Positions 28,340 through 37,885 of a DNA stretch of 64,000 nucleotides are shown piece by piece (position 1 is the stretch's first letter; every line of letters starts with the position of its first letter). The position numbers and the translations under genes are program-made. The notes under the pieces were generated by a model. It had not been told where the DNA came from. It saw nothing but the letters and a program-made list of their open reading frames with translations, and did no database searches. Source of the stretch: an uncultured Pseudomonadota bacterium (GTDB lineage: Bacteria; Vulcanimicrobiota; Vulcanimicrobiia; Eremiobacterales; Eremiobacteraceae); contig CAVTNB010000003.1 in assembly GCA_963736005.1 (NCBI GenBank), forward strand, positions 160,001-224,000. Reading direction: 5' to 3'.

Positions 28340-28695
28340 TAACTGGTCGGGGTGGCTTCGATGACGGTGATGGTACCGGCCATCGTGGGCTGGATGAGGC
28401 TGTGATATTGGAACGTGCCCGCGAGGGATGCCACCCAAGTCCAGCGACCCCCGTTGGGCGCAATAGGGCCAGAATCGAAGGCGCCCACGGCCGTCGCCGT
28501 GTGCGGCTGCGTGTCGTTATTAATGAAGGTGACGAGCGTACCTTTGGTCACGACCAGATTGCCCGGATGAAACGACGTGCTGTCGATCGTAACGGTCGCT
28601 TGGCCTGACTGGGTTTTCGAGCAAGCAAAACCCGACACCAATAAGAATGAAAGGACGCACCCTGCAACCGCAATGAAGCGCGCGCGTTTCGGCAT
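28336..28695 (-). CDS. Cupredoxin-like lipoprotein lacking canonical Cu ligands
   Basis: GFAC lipobox; F.P..L.V..GT.VTF.N.D..PHTAT, FDSG, GTFQYHSLIQPTMAGTITV. Confidence 0.75.
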   Translation of the reverse strand: MPKRARFIAVAGCVLSFLLVSGFACSKTQSGQATVTIDSTSFHPGNLVVTKGTLVTFINNDTQPHTATAVGAFDSGPIAPNGGRWTWVASLAGTFQYHSLIQPTMAGTITVIEATPTSY

Positions 28696-28758
28696 GAGCC
28701 CGAGGTTCTTTTGGCCTTTCCCCATTCCCTTGCCATGGTGAGCGAATGCCGTACGCTC

Positions 28759-28784
28759 GAGCGGACCTAAAGGTCCGCTGCTAC
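28759..28784 (-). repeat. REP family A copy
   Basis: GAGCGGACCTAAAGGTCCGCTGCTAC. Confidence 0.85.
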
Positions 28785-28799
28785 ATACGCATTTGCACC

Positions 28800-30179
28800 T
28801 TAGCTTGGCGCAAGCGTTCCTTCCGAATAGAGCAAGTTTTGCTGCGCTATCTTATAGGCGTAGAGCGCTTGCACGTAATTGGATTGCGCTGTTGTCAGCT
28901 GCGATTGTGCGTTGAGCAGCAGCGGCAACGTCGTCACGCCTGCTTTGAACTGGGCATTCGTGACATCCAGCACCACGCGCGCTTGGTCGAGCGCTACCTT
29001 GGCTGCATTGAGCGACGAACTAGCGGTTAAAAGACCGAGGTACGCTTGTTGCACGTTCAAATACACGTTGAGTTCAGCGGATTTATAGTTGGCTTCGGCT
29101 TGGGCTTCAACGGCGCGGGCTTCATCGGCTTGCGACTTGATGAGGCCACCCGAGTAGATAGGAAACGTGAGGCTTGCTCCCAGTGACCAGCTGGAGGCAA
29201 AGTTGCTGCCACTTTGACTCGTGCTGGCAGTGCCCGAACTTGCCGTACCGCCGATCACCGGAAAAGCGGCGAGCTTTGCGGCTCGGACGCTAGCCTGCGC
29301 TGAGTCGACGCTTGCCTTGGCGGCAGAAAGGTCGGTTCGCTGCAAGAGCGAGGTTGAGATCAACGAATTGAGATCAGGATTGCCCGCCGTGACGCTTGTG
29401 TCATCCTGAAGCGACACTGGCGTCGTCGCGGGTAACCCCATGGTTGTCAAGAGCGCGGCAACATTTTCGGCTTCGCCGTTTTGCGCAGATGCAAGCGTGA
29501 GCTCTGCCTGTGCGACCGGGAGCTGAGCCGTGAGGACGTCGGCTTTCGATGCAACGCCCGCGTGGTATTGCGCCTCCACGAGCTTCTCTTGAACGCGAGC
29601 CACAGAGAGCGACTGCAGCGCCGCTTGCAGCTGGTGGCGAGCTTGCAACGCCGCATAGTACTGCTGAGCTACGGTCAACAACACCGTTTGGATATCGCGC
29701 AGCAAGGTCAATTTTGCTGAGTCTGTGGTGTAGCGCGACGCCTGCACTTCTGCGTTGACGCGTCCGCCGTCGAGGATTAATTGGCTCAGCGAGACACTGC
29801 CGCTGTTCGTGGTCAGCACCGAGGGCTGGCCGGTTCCCGTGAACGCGTTGGTCTTCTGGCGTGTGTATCTACCAGAAGCGTCAATTAATGGGAGCTCGCC
29901 GCTGCGTGCGACGCCGATACCAGCTTGCGATTGATCGACGACCGCCCGCGCAAACGTTAGCTGCGGAGATGAAGCAAGCGCGATTTGCTCGGCTTGGCTC
30001 AAGTTCAGCGTCGTCGGCACAGCCGTCGGTTGTGCCGCGCTAGCGGGTTGCGTCGGCGAAGTCATCGGCACCATCGTGGGTGTCGGTGTGGGCGACGTGG
30101 GAGCACCGAAAGCCGCCGTCGCCATTCCAAAAAATGCTGTGAGAGCCGCGCACAGGAGAGCGGCCGATGTTCTATTCAT
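28800..30179 (-). CDS. TolC family outer membrane efflux protein
   Basis: Signal peptide; ALASSPQL, two OEP repeats (Y.AGVAS..DVL, F.AGVTT...LL), FPIYSGG. Confidence 0.9.
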   Translation of the reverse strand: MNRTSAALLCAALTAFFGMATAAFGAPTSPTPTPTMVPMTSPTQPASAAQPTAVPTTLNLSQAEQIALASSPQLTFARAVVDQSQAGIGVARSGELPLIDASGRYTRQKTNAFTGTGQPSVLTTNSGSVSLSQLILDGGRVNAEVQASRYTTDSAKLTLLRDIQTVLLTVAQQYYAALQARHQLQAALQSLSVARVQEKLVEAQYHAGVASKADVLTAQLPVAQAELTLASAQNGEAENVAALLTTMGLPATTPVSLQDDTSVTAGNPDLNSLISTSLLQRTDLSAAKASVDSAQASVRAAKLAAFPVIGGTASSGTASTSQSGSNFASSWSLGASLTFPIYSGGLIKSQADEARAVEAQAEANYKSAELNVYLNVQQAYLGLLTASSSLNAAKVALDQARVVLDVTNAQFKAGVTTLPLLLNAQSQLTTAQSNYVQALYAYKIAQQNLLYSEGTLAPS

Positions 30180-30221
30180 GCTTTCCTCTATTGGAAAAGA
30201 GAGAGCGCCGTATCGGGGATA

Positions 30222-31559
30222 TTACTGGAGGGCTTGCGACGAAGATGTCGCTTGACCGCTTGCAGAGCTGATGCTTACGAGCGATCCCTCTTTGAGCGTG
30301 TCGGGCCGCTGCACGATGATCGTCGTGCCCGGCGCGATGCCCGGGCCGCTGACTTCCGCTTCGGCGTCGGTCTGAAGTCCGCGCCGTACGCTCACTGCTT
30401 TGGCTTTCCCGTCGCATTTGCACCCCGATGCGTTCGCAAGTATGTACACCTCGTCGCCGCTTTCGCCCCCAAACACCGCAGCCCTCGGCACGAGAACCAC
30501 GTCGCGGTGCTGCGCCTTGACAAAACTTGCGTTCGCGACCATACCAGCTTTGAGCAAGAGCGCGGGGTTCGTCAGGACGACGCGGGCAAGATACGAGAGC
30601 GTCCCTTGCGTCGTGGCGGAATTGACGGCATCGACCGTTCCATGCCAGCTATGTCCCGGCAGAGAATCGACCGTGATGTCAACGGATGTTCCTGCGTGGA
30701 TATAAGGAAGGTTCTCCTCCGGGATGTTCACGTTGACGTAGACCGGGTCCAGATCGGAGACTTGGACCAGCGGGGTCCCAGGCGCCGCAAGCGTGCCTGG
30801 ATCGACGCTGCGTTGGGTCAGAACACCTGAAAATGGTGCGCGAATGACGGTTTGAGCAAGCTGCGCTTGCGCGAGCTCGACCGCACCTTGGGCTTCCTGA
30901 ACTGCCGCCGCCGCATTTTGAATCTCAGACTGCGCAGAGGACGTCGTGACTCCGCCGAGATTTGCATTTTGCGCGCCGACCTGCGCACTACGCAGCTGCG
31001 CTTGCGCGGCAGCTTCGGCCTGCGCGGCTTGATCGACGGCCGATTGCGAGACAAAGCCTTGCGCGAAGAGCTGCTTGTTCCGTTGATAATTCGATAGCGC
31101 CGTTTGGTACGCAACTTGGGCTGAACTCAAGTTCGCGTTGGCGCTGCTTGCGGCGCCGACGTCGCCACTTTGCACCTGCGCAAGATGCGCGCGCGCGGCG
31201 TTGAGGCTCCCTAGGTCTTGTTGTTCTTGGGCCCGCACGGTTGAATCATCGATGCGAACGAGCACCTCGCCTGCGCTCACCTGATCTCCGACGTTCGCGC
31301 CAACTGAAATCACCGCGCCCGTGATGGCGGACTGGAGATTGCCTTGCGCCTTGGCGGCCACGATCCCAGTGAGCTCCACGCGCTCGGTAACGTCGCCTCG
31401 TCTGGCTTTTGCCACGGTGACGGACAGCGACGGCGACGGGCTCGACTGGGGCGCGGCGCCCTTGTTGGCGCAGCCCACAACGGTTGACGACAGACCCGCA
31501 GCCACTGCGCACGTCAGGATGGCGGATGTAAAAGCGAGAAAAGCTGTATTTGGTTTCAC
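30222..31559 (-). CDS. Efflux periplasmic adaptor (membrane fusion protein)
   Basis: VGC lipobox; VGDQVSAGEVL, coiled coil, IRAPFSGV, LKAGM, VPRAAV; start uncertain. Confidence 0.9.
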   Translation of the reverse strand: MKPNTAFLAFTSAILTCAVAAGLSSTVVGCANKGAAPQSSPSPSLSVTVAKARRGDVTERVELTGIVAAKAQGNLQSAITGAVISVGANVGDQVSAGEVLVRIDDSTVRAQEQQDLGSLNAARAHLAQVQSGDVGAASSANANLSSAQVAYQTALSNYQRNKQLFAQGFVSQSAVDQAAQAEAAAQAQLRSAQVGAQNANLGGVTTSSAQSEIQNAAAAVQEAQGAVELAQAQLAQTVIRAPFSGVLTQRSVDPGTLAAPGTPLVQVSDLDPVYVNVNIPEENLPYIHAGTSVDITVDSLPGHSWHGTVDAVNSATTQGTLSYLARVVLTNPALLLKAGMVANASFVKAQHRDVVLVPRAAVFGGESGDEVYILANASGCKCDGKAKAVSVRRGLQTDAEAEVSGPGIAPGTTIIVQRPDTLKEGSLVSISSASGQATSSSQALQ

Positions 31560-31616
31560 GGACCTGCTTACTCTCCTGGCCTTGCAAATGTTACGATAAT
31601 ACTGAAGGTAAACTAG

Positions 31617-32144
31617 ATGACCAAAAAACCGGCAAATATCGGACTCTGGCTCGTGGTGCTTGGGCTTTTCGCGGTGGCCGGCCTCCTTGCATTGCGGGAT
31701 TATCACGCCTTCCACCAAGCTGCGTTGGCAAGTCCGGTTGGCAAAGCCGCGCCGGACGCACCCGTCACAACTCTTGCGGGCGAACCACTCCGCCTTTCAT
31801 CCTTTCACGGCCAACCGGTGTGGCTCAACTTTTTTGCAACCTGGTGTCCGCCGTGCAAAGCGGAGATGCCGGCGATCGAGCGACATTATCGCCAGTTGCA
31901 CGGAGCGCACTTGCAGGTCGTCGGTGTCGATCAGGAAGAGACGCCGCAACTTATCGAGCGCTTTGTGAAGCCGTTCTCGATTACATACCCAATCGTTATC
32001 GACGAAGGCCCTGCAGCAGCGACCTATAGCGTGTTTGCGCTGCCGACCTCGGTTTTTATCGATGCCCACGGCATCGTGCGTGCGGTAAAGATTGGCCAGA
32101 TGTCGCCCGCGGAAATGGACGCTGACCTAAGAAGTATCCTCTAA
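31617..32144 (+). CDS. TlpA/ResA-like thiol-disulfide oxidoreductase
   Basis: N-terminal TM; LNFFATWCPPCKAEMP; LPTSVFID..G. Confidence 0.92.
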   Translation: MTKKPANIGLWLVVLGLFAVAGLLALRDYHAFHQAALASPVGKAAPDAPVTTLAGEPLRLSSFHGQPVWLNFFATWCPPCKAEMPAIERHYRQLHGAHLQVVGVDQEETPQLIERFVKPFSITYPIVIDEGPAAATYSVFALPTSVFIDAHGIVRAVKIGQMSPAEMDADLRSIL

Positions 32145-32945
32145 TTTCGATTCCCCGTTTTGCGATTTTCCATTTTCCAGACCGCCGAGCGCCTTACCGC
32201 GTTGCTCGAGCCAGCTCGCCGCACGCTCTCCCTGTTTCATTTGTGCTTTGATCACCGTTATGTATCTCGGACATTCCGGACCATTTGGCTCGTGACAGAA
32301 TCCGCGCACGCACGTTGCACCGGCATCTTTGAAGAGAACGGGATCTTCGCGTTTGAGAATGCGCAATATTGAAAATGCCATCTCTCGAATTTCCCATTGC
32401 GCCATATTGCAGGTGCGCAGGGTCAGGAATTCGTACCATGCGCGCGCGTTGCCCGAAACGACGAGCTGGCTCGCGGCCGCGTTGGGCAGGACAAATCGCG
32501 CATCCTCACTTGGCAACCCGCCTTTCAACAACTCGTTATATGTTTCGCCGATTTCGCGCATCAGGTTGTCGAAACGCTTGGAAAGCTCCGGCAGCGATGA
32601 CAGTTTGCGCGGCTTGACGTACGGAAAAGCGGCGTCTTTGAACGCGAGATAGCGCTGACTTTGCTGATCGAACTGCAGGTGGCGATGGCGCACGAGCTGA
32701 TGGGTCGCTGCCCGAGAAAGTCCAGTCACGCCAAAGACGTAAATGTTATGTTCGAGCGTGGAATGGTGCCCGGCCGCTCGCACGCGCTCGACCGTCGCAA
32801 GCATGTCATCCGGTTTGCGCTCCCATCGCTCGACGATCGCGGAGGGCTCGCTCGCGGAATAGCAAGTGCGCGCTGCCGTTGCTGTCATAGCGGTTGGGTG
32901 AGGTGACTTTTCTAGAAGAACTACTTTGACGGTTGTCTCTGGCAT
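32127..32945 (-). CDS. thyX: FAD-dependent thymidylate synthase
   Basis: GHHSTLEH, SRAATHQLVRHR, QQSQRY, EDARFVLP, AQWEIR. Confidence 0.95.
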   Translation of the reverse strand: MPETTVKVVLLEKSPHPTAMTATAARTCYSASEPSAIVERWERKPDDMLATVERVRAAGHHSTLEHNIYVFGVTGLSRAATHQLVRHRHLQFDQQSQRYLAFKDAAFPYVKPRKLSSLPELSKRFDNLMREIGETYNELLKGGLPSEDARFVLPNAAASQLVVSGNARAWYEFLTLRTCNMAQWEIREMAFSILRILKREDPVLFKDAGATCVRGFCHEPNGPECPRYITVIKAQMKQGERAASWLEQRGKALGGLENGKSQNGESKLEDTS

Positions 32946-33126
32946 GGCACTAAATTGTCTTTTCTGTCTCTCTTTGCGAGGCTCCGCCACTTGATTCTGC
33001 GGCACCAAACAGGGGTATAGTTACGTTATGTCTTGGATGAAGGCAGAGGGTAAGACACACCTGTTTCGAACATATGTGCGTTTGCCCTCTGGGTTCATTC
33101 CCAAGGGGTCTAAGGAGGGAAACCGT

Positions 33127-34425
33127 TTGAAACACATACATCTCGCGGTGGCCGCGGCGGCATTGTTCGCCGTTGCGTGCATCGCGCCCAGCTTCGCTGA
33201 CAGTTCTGTCAACGTCTTGGCCTCGCAGACGAAGGCTTTCTCCGGAACGGTAACTTCGGCAACGTCCGGGTTCCAAGTCTCTGATGCCATGATGGATTTT
33301 GGCAACCCGCCGTCAGGCGAAGTGCCGATCCTGTTTAACGATCACCATGTCTATGCTAACCCCGACACGCTGCGACAAGGACGCGTCCTTGCAGCTCTTG
33401 TGAAAAACGGTACGATTCTTGTGCCGCTGCGCAGCATGTTCGAGCAGATGGGTGCAACCGTTTCTTACGATGCGGGCAGCAAGTCCGTCACGGCTTCCAA
33501 GCCCGGTTCGCAAGTGCAAGTCACGCTCGGCAAGAATGAAGTCGTGATCAACGGCGAGTCGCGTCCCCTCGACGTACCGCCGATGATGTACAAAGGCGTC
33601 ATGCTCGTTCCAGTGCGCGTCATCTCCGAAGCACTCGGAGCCTACGTGCAATGGGTTCCTGAGCAGCACGTCTGCGTCGTGCGCTACATTCCGCCGACCC
33701 CAGTGCCAACGGCGGCGCCAACTGCGCCACCGACACCAGTGCCGACGCCTGCTCCAACGGGAACACCGGCCCCGGTGGGCTTCGTCCAGGGTGCGTACGT
33801 CAGCGGCCTCACCGCCAATGAGTTCTCACCCAACAATCACGATTCGAGCGCCTATACGGGCGAGGGTGCACTCTTCCTCGGACAGTGGGCCATCGTCGGC
33901 AATGTGCGCAGCGACTCATTCCGGACGGCGCACAACGCGCAAGATCCGACCGGCAACCCGCTCACGGGCTTTGCAACAATCGATGGTGGCTTCGCGACGA
34001 CTCCCGTGTTCCAAGCGCGGCAGACAAATGTCGATGGACGGCTAGAGTATCAAATTCTCAAGCCGCACTTCGACATTGCTGGAAGTTACATTGACCTGTG
34101 GAACAACTACGGCTATCCGCGATTGACGGGAGGCGGTTTCGGGCTCGACAAGCTGCCCGATTTCCAAAGCGACCTGGGTTGGTATGGATCTATTATGTAC
34201 TACCCAGCCGTGAAGGGAACGTACGTGGTGCCTGCCGGACCCAACGCCGGCATGAGCTTCACACAGCAATACCAGCTGTACAAGTACGACATCGGCCTGG
34301 ATTACGGAGCGTCGCACGTGTATGTCATCGCAGGCTACAACGGCGATCGCTACACGGCAAAATCCGGCGCTCCAATAAACCAAACGCATGAAGGTCCGTA
34401 CCTCGGACTTGGAGTTCGATTCTAG
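33127..34425 (+). CDS. Stalk (Cu-amine-oxidase N-terminal-like) domain + P/T linker + predicted outer-membrane beta-barrel, paralog 1
   Basis: AAGGAGG RBS plus TTG; signal peptide; ILVPLRSMFEQMGATV.YD, LVPVRVISEALGA.V.W; ends YLGLGVRF. Confidence 0.8.
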   Translation: MKHIHLAVAAAALFAVACIAPSFADSSVNVLASQTKAFSGTVTSATSGFQVSDAMMDFGNPPSGEVPILFNDHHVYANPDTLRQGRVLAALVKNGTILVPLRSMFEQMGATVSYDAGSKSVTASKPGSQVQVTLGKNEVVINGESRPLDVPPMMYKGVMLVPVRVISEALGAYVQWVPEQHVCVVRYIPPTPVPTAAPTAPPTPVPTPAPTGTPAPVGFVQGAYVSGLTANEFSPNNHDSSAYTGEGALFLGQWAIVGNVRSDSFRTAHNAQDPTGNPLTGFATIDGGFATTPVFQARQTNVDGRLEYQILKPHFDIAGSYIDLWNNYGYPRLTGGGFGLDKLPDFQSDLGWYGSIMYYPAVKGTYVVPAGPNAGMSFTQQYQLYKYDIGLDYGASHVYVIAGYNGDRYTAKSGAPINQTHEGPYLGLGVRF

Positions 34426-34448
34426 CGCAACACCACGCGAAGAGTCAT

Positions 34449-34485
34449 AAGGCGCCCGAGTGTATCTCGGGCGTCTTCTTTTTTT
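34449..34485 (+). terminator. Intrinsic terminator
   Basis: AAGGCGCCCGAG-TGTAT-CTCGGGCGTCTT followed by a T tract. Confidence 0.85.
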
Positions 34486-34598
34486 AAATTTTTATCTTGT
34501 CCCCCAGCGCGGTTTATAACGGCGCGGGTGGGAAATTGAATGCAAAGCGCAAACGATGCTGCCCATTGGGAGCCTACGCTAACGAGGAGGAACACGAC

Positions 34599-35813
34599 TT
34601 GAAGCGATTCCGTCTCGCGACACTCGTCGCAGCGATGTTCGTGCTGTCGAGCATCGCGCCGAGTTTTGCCGATGCCATGATGGATTTTGGCAACCCGCCG
34701 TCAGGCGAAGTGCCGATCCTGTTTAACGATCACCATGTCTACGCTAACCCTGACACGCTGCGACAAGGACGCGTCCTTGCAGCGCTCGTGAAACACGGTA
34801 CGATTCTCGTGCCGCTGCGCAGCATGTTCGAGCAGATGGGTGCAACCGTTTCTTACGATGCGGGCAGCAAGTCCGTCACGGCTTCCAAGCCGGGCTCGCA
34901 AGTACAAGTGACCCTCGGCAAGAGCGAAGTCGTCATCAACGGCGAGTCACGTCCGCTCGACGTCCCACCCATGATGTACAAGGGCGTCTTGCTCGTTCCA
35001 GTGCGCGTCATCTCCGAAGCACTCGGAGCCTACGTGCAATGGGTGCCCGAGCAGCATGTCTGCGTGGTGCGCTACATTCCGCCGACGCCTGTGCCAACGA
35101 TGGCACCAACTGCGCCACCCACAGCCGTGCCGACACCAACAGCGACCCCCACTCCCGCGCCTCTTGGTTTCATTCAAGGCGCCTACGTCTCCGGCAGAAC
35201 GGCCAACGAGTATGCCAATAACGTTCACGATCAAAGTGGATACAACGGAGAAGCGGGTTTGTTCTTCGGTCAATGGGCGGTCGTCGGAGCAGCTCGTGCA
35301 GACCAATACCGCACATCGCACAACGCGCAAGATCCAACCGGCAACCCGCTCACGGGCTTTGCAACGATCGATGGTGGTTTCGCGACGACTCCCGTCTTCT
35401 TAGCGCGGCAGACGAACATCGACGGGCGGGTTGAATATCAGATCGCGAAGCCCCACATTTATATTGCTGGCAGTTTTCTCACGGTGTACACAAACTACGG
35501 TAATCCCCGTCTGACGGGCGGCGGAGCGGGCTTAGAAAAGTTGCCCGATCCAAACAGTGCGTTTGGCTTTTTCGGCTCGTTCTTCTACTACCCCAACATG
35601 CGCGGCACGTATGTGGAAACGGCCGGGCCAAACAACGGCACATCGTACCTACAAGAATACCAAATCATGACATATAACATCGGGCTGAACTACGGACCCT
35701 CGAGAATCTACGTCATTGCCGGATTCAACGGTGACCGCTACACGGCAAAGCAGAACGCGCCAATAAATCAGACGCATGCTGGACCATACCTCGGTCTTGG
35801 AATCCGATTCTAG
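34599..35813 (+). CDS. Stalk domain + beta-barrel, paralog 2
   Basis: GAGGAGG RBS plus TTG; same N-domain; ends YLGLGIRF. Confidence 0.8.
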   Translation: MKRFRLATLVAAMFVLSSIAPSFADAMMDFGNPPSGEVPILFNDHHVYANPDTLRQGRVLAALVKHGTILVPLRSMFEQMGATVSYDAGSKSVTASKPGSQVQVTLGKSEVVINGESRPLDVPPMMYKGVLLVPVRVISEALGAYVQWVPEQHVCVVRYIPPTPVPTMAPTAPPTAVPTPTATPTPAPLGFIQGAYVSGRTANEYANNVHDQSGYNGEAGLFFGQWAVVGAARADQYRTSHNAQDPTGNPLTGFATIDGGFATTPVFLARQTNIDGRVEYQIAKPHIYIAGSFLTVYTNYGNPRLTGGGAGLEKLPDPNSAFGFFGSFFYYPNMRGTYVETAGPNNGTSYLQEYQIMTYNIGLNYGPSRIYVIAGFNGDRYTAKQNAPINQTHAGPYLGLGIRF

Positions 35814-35997
35814 ACGACAAATGAAACAAGGTAGCGGCCGGCTCCCAAACCCGACCGCTACGCGCCAGACTAAAGTCGGCCAACACGTCTGCATGTCCCT
35901 CATTGCGGTCTGGTTTCCAATGGTCTATGGTGGGAAAAAGGAATAGGAACGCAAACGATTACTAGTAAGTTTGACCTATCCTGTAGGAGGATAAAAC

Positions 35998-37293
35998 TTG
36001 AAGCATTTTCACTTAGCAGTTTTCGCCGCGGCGTTGTTTGCCGTTGCGGGTATTGCGCCAAGCTTCGCTGACAGTTCTGTCAACGTCTTGGCCTCGCAGA
36101 CGAAGGTTTTCACCGGAACGGTAACTTCGGCAACGTCCGGATTCCAAGTCTCTGACGCCATGATGGATTTTGGCAACCCGCCGTCAGGCGAAGTTCCAAT
36201 TCTATTTAACGATCACCATGTCTATGCCCGCCCTGACACGCTGCGACAAGGACGCGTCCTTGCAGCACTCGTGAAAAATGGTACGATTCTTGTGCCCCTG
36301 CGCAGCATGTTCGAGCAGATGGGTGCAACCGTTTCTTACGATGCGGGCAGCAAGTCCGTCACGGCTTCCAAGCCGGGTTCACAAGTTCAGGTAACCCTTG
36401 GTAAGAACGAAGTTCTCATCAATGGCGAGTCGCGTCCCCTCGACGTGCCGCCTATGATGTACAAGGGCGTCATGCTCGTTCCAGTGCGCGTCATCTCCGA
36501 AGCACTCGGAGCCTACGTGCAATGGGTTCCTGAGCAGCACGTCTGCGTGGTGCGCTACATTCCGCCGACCCCAGTGCCAACGGCGGCTCCAACCGCGCCT
36601 GCGACGCCAGTACCGACGCCCGCTCCTAGCCCGACACCGAAACCAATTCTTGGCTACATCCAAGGTGGCTACACACAGGGCCGCGTGGCCAACGAGTTTG
36701 CGAACAACGTGACCTCGCACGGACAGGTTGGCTCCGGCGCATACCTGTTCAACCCATTCGCGGTGAAGGTCGACTTCCGCCAAGATCAGTACCAGACGAC
36801 GAACGTCCCCGGGACGAGCACCACGCTCTTCAACACGATCGATGGTGGACAGGCTGCAACCCCACAGTTCTTAGCGCGCCAATCAACGATTGACGGACGA
36901 CTTGAATTCAAGATCGTCAATCCGTGGATCAACTTCGGTCTCAGCTACTTGCAGGCTGCGACGAACTACGGCTATCCAGTCCTCAGTGGTCCGGGTGCAG
37001 GTCTTGAGAAGCTCCCTGATCTTGGGGCCAATAGCCTCGGTTGGTTTGCCTCTGGCTTCTACTACCCGAACGTGAGAGGCGAGTACACGGTTCAAAGCGG
37101 TCCTGCAACCGGTTTGAAGAAAACGCTTGAGTACCAAATCATCAAGTACGATGTTGGTCTCGACTACGTGTTCGGCGACTCACCGTTCTACATCATGGGC
37201 GGATTCAGCGGCGACCGCTTCACGGCAAAACAGAGTTCACCCATCAACGAAACCCACGCAGGTCCATATGTGGGCCTTGGGTTTAAGTTCTAA
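35998..37293 (+). CDS. Stalk domain + beta-barrel, paralog 3
   Basis: AGGAGG RBS plus TTG; same N-domain; ends YVGLGFKF. Confidence 0.8.
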   Translation: MKHFHLAVFAAALFAVAGIAPSFADSSVNVLASQTKVFTGTVTSATSGFQVSDAMMDFGNPPSGEVPILFNDHHVYARPDTLRQGRVLAALVKNGTILVPLRSMFEQMGATVSYDAGSKSVTASKPGSQVQVTLGKNEVLINGESRPLDVPPMMYKGVMLVPVRVISEALGAYVQWVPEQHVCVVRYIPPTPVPTAAPTAPATPVPTPAPSPTPKPILGYIQGGYTQGRVANEFANNVTSHGQVGSGAYLFNPFAVKVDFRQDQYQTTNVPGTSTTLFNTIDGGQAATPQFLARQSTIDGRLEFKIVNPWINFGLSYLQAATNYGYPVLSGPGAGLEKLPDLGANSLGWFASGFYYPNVRGEYTVQSGPATGLKKTLEYQIIKYDVGLDYVFGDSPFYIMGGFSGDRFTAKQSSPINETHAGPYVGLGFKF

Positions 37294-37885
37294 GAACCGC
37301 ACCCGCAAAGAAAAAGCGCTTCCAACCGGGAGCGCTTTTTTTCTTGTAATCCTTACCTGCGTGATTTTCGCTCCAAACAGCCAAGCCGCAGCTGCGAATG
37401 CGTTTAGCGTCAACGCAACGCCGCCCCCCTCCATCCAAGCACCTGTGGACGTCTACTTTGGTGTGTACCGATTGAGCAATTTGAGCGTGCGCAACGCCAT
37501 TCACGACATGAATATCGAGGGCGATTCTCCGCTCGCGTTACCGGGTCAGATCGAGCGAATCAATGCGGTGCAGTCTGCCCTAACCGACTGGGAACTCCGC
37601 TATCCCCATGACCCCTGGCTGCCTGGCACGATGGCTCGGTTTGCAACCTTTCTCATCGGCAAGCATGTGCCGCAGTACGATCGCGTCGCGCTTGGGTTGC
37701 TTGAAGAGCTTGAAACGCTGTATCCGAACACGTGGTACGCGCGCTTTGCCGATCAAGAACTACGTAGTTTCGATGTGTTGCCGGAATTCGATCTTCGTGA
37801 TGGGCCCGATGTTCGCCGCATGCCGCTGATCTTTGAAAGCATGACGGTCGGCATTGGTGCCAACCTTCGACGCCACTTCCTCTAA
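37268..37885 (+). CDS. Secreted helical hypothetical protein (AP.D.YFG family); start uncertain
   Basis: APVDVYFGVYRLSNLSVRNAIHD, DWELRYPHDPWL, YPNTWYA; paralog of the convergent gene. Confidence 0.6.
   Translation: MWALGLSSKNRTRKEKALPTGSAFFLVILTCVIFAPNSQAAAANAFSVNATPPPSIQAPVDVYFGVYRLSNLSVRNAIHDMNIEGDSPLALPGQIERINAVQSALTDWELRYPHDPWLPGTMARFATFLIGKHVPQYDRVALGLLEELETLYPNTWYARFADQELRSFDVLPEFDLRDGPDVRRMPLIFESMTVGIGANLRRHFL
37308..37345 (+). terminator. Intrinsic, possibly bidirectional, terminator
   Basis: AAGAAAAAGCGCTTCC-AACC-GGGAGCGCTTTTTTTCTT. Confidence 0.85.

Noticed and set aside
33127..37293. Diversity-generating retroelement or invertase shufflon acting on the barrel paralogs
   Set aside because: No reverse transcriptase or recombinase in the window, all copies are in direct orientation, and the differences are not adenine-specific
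33127..37293. Annotation as copper amine oxidases
   Set aside because: Only the non-catalytic N-terminal-like domain is present; the remainder is too short and barrel-like
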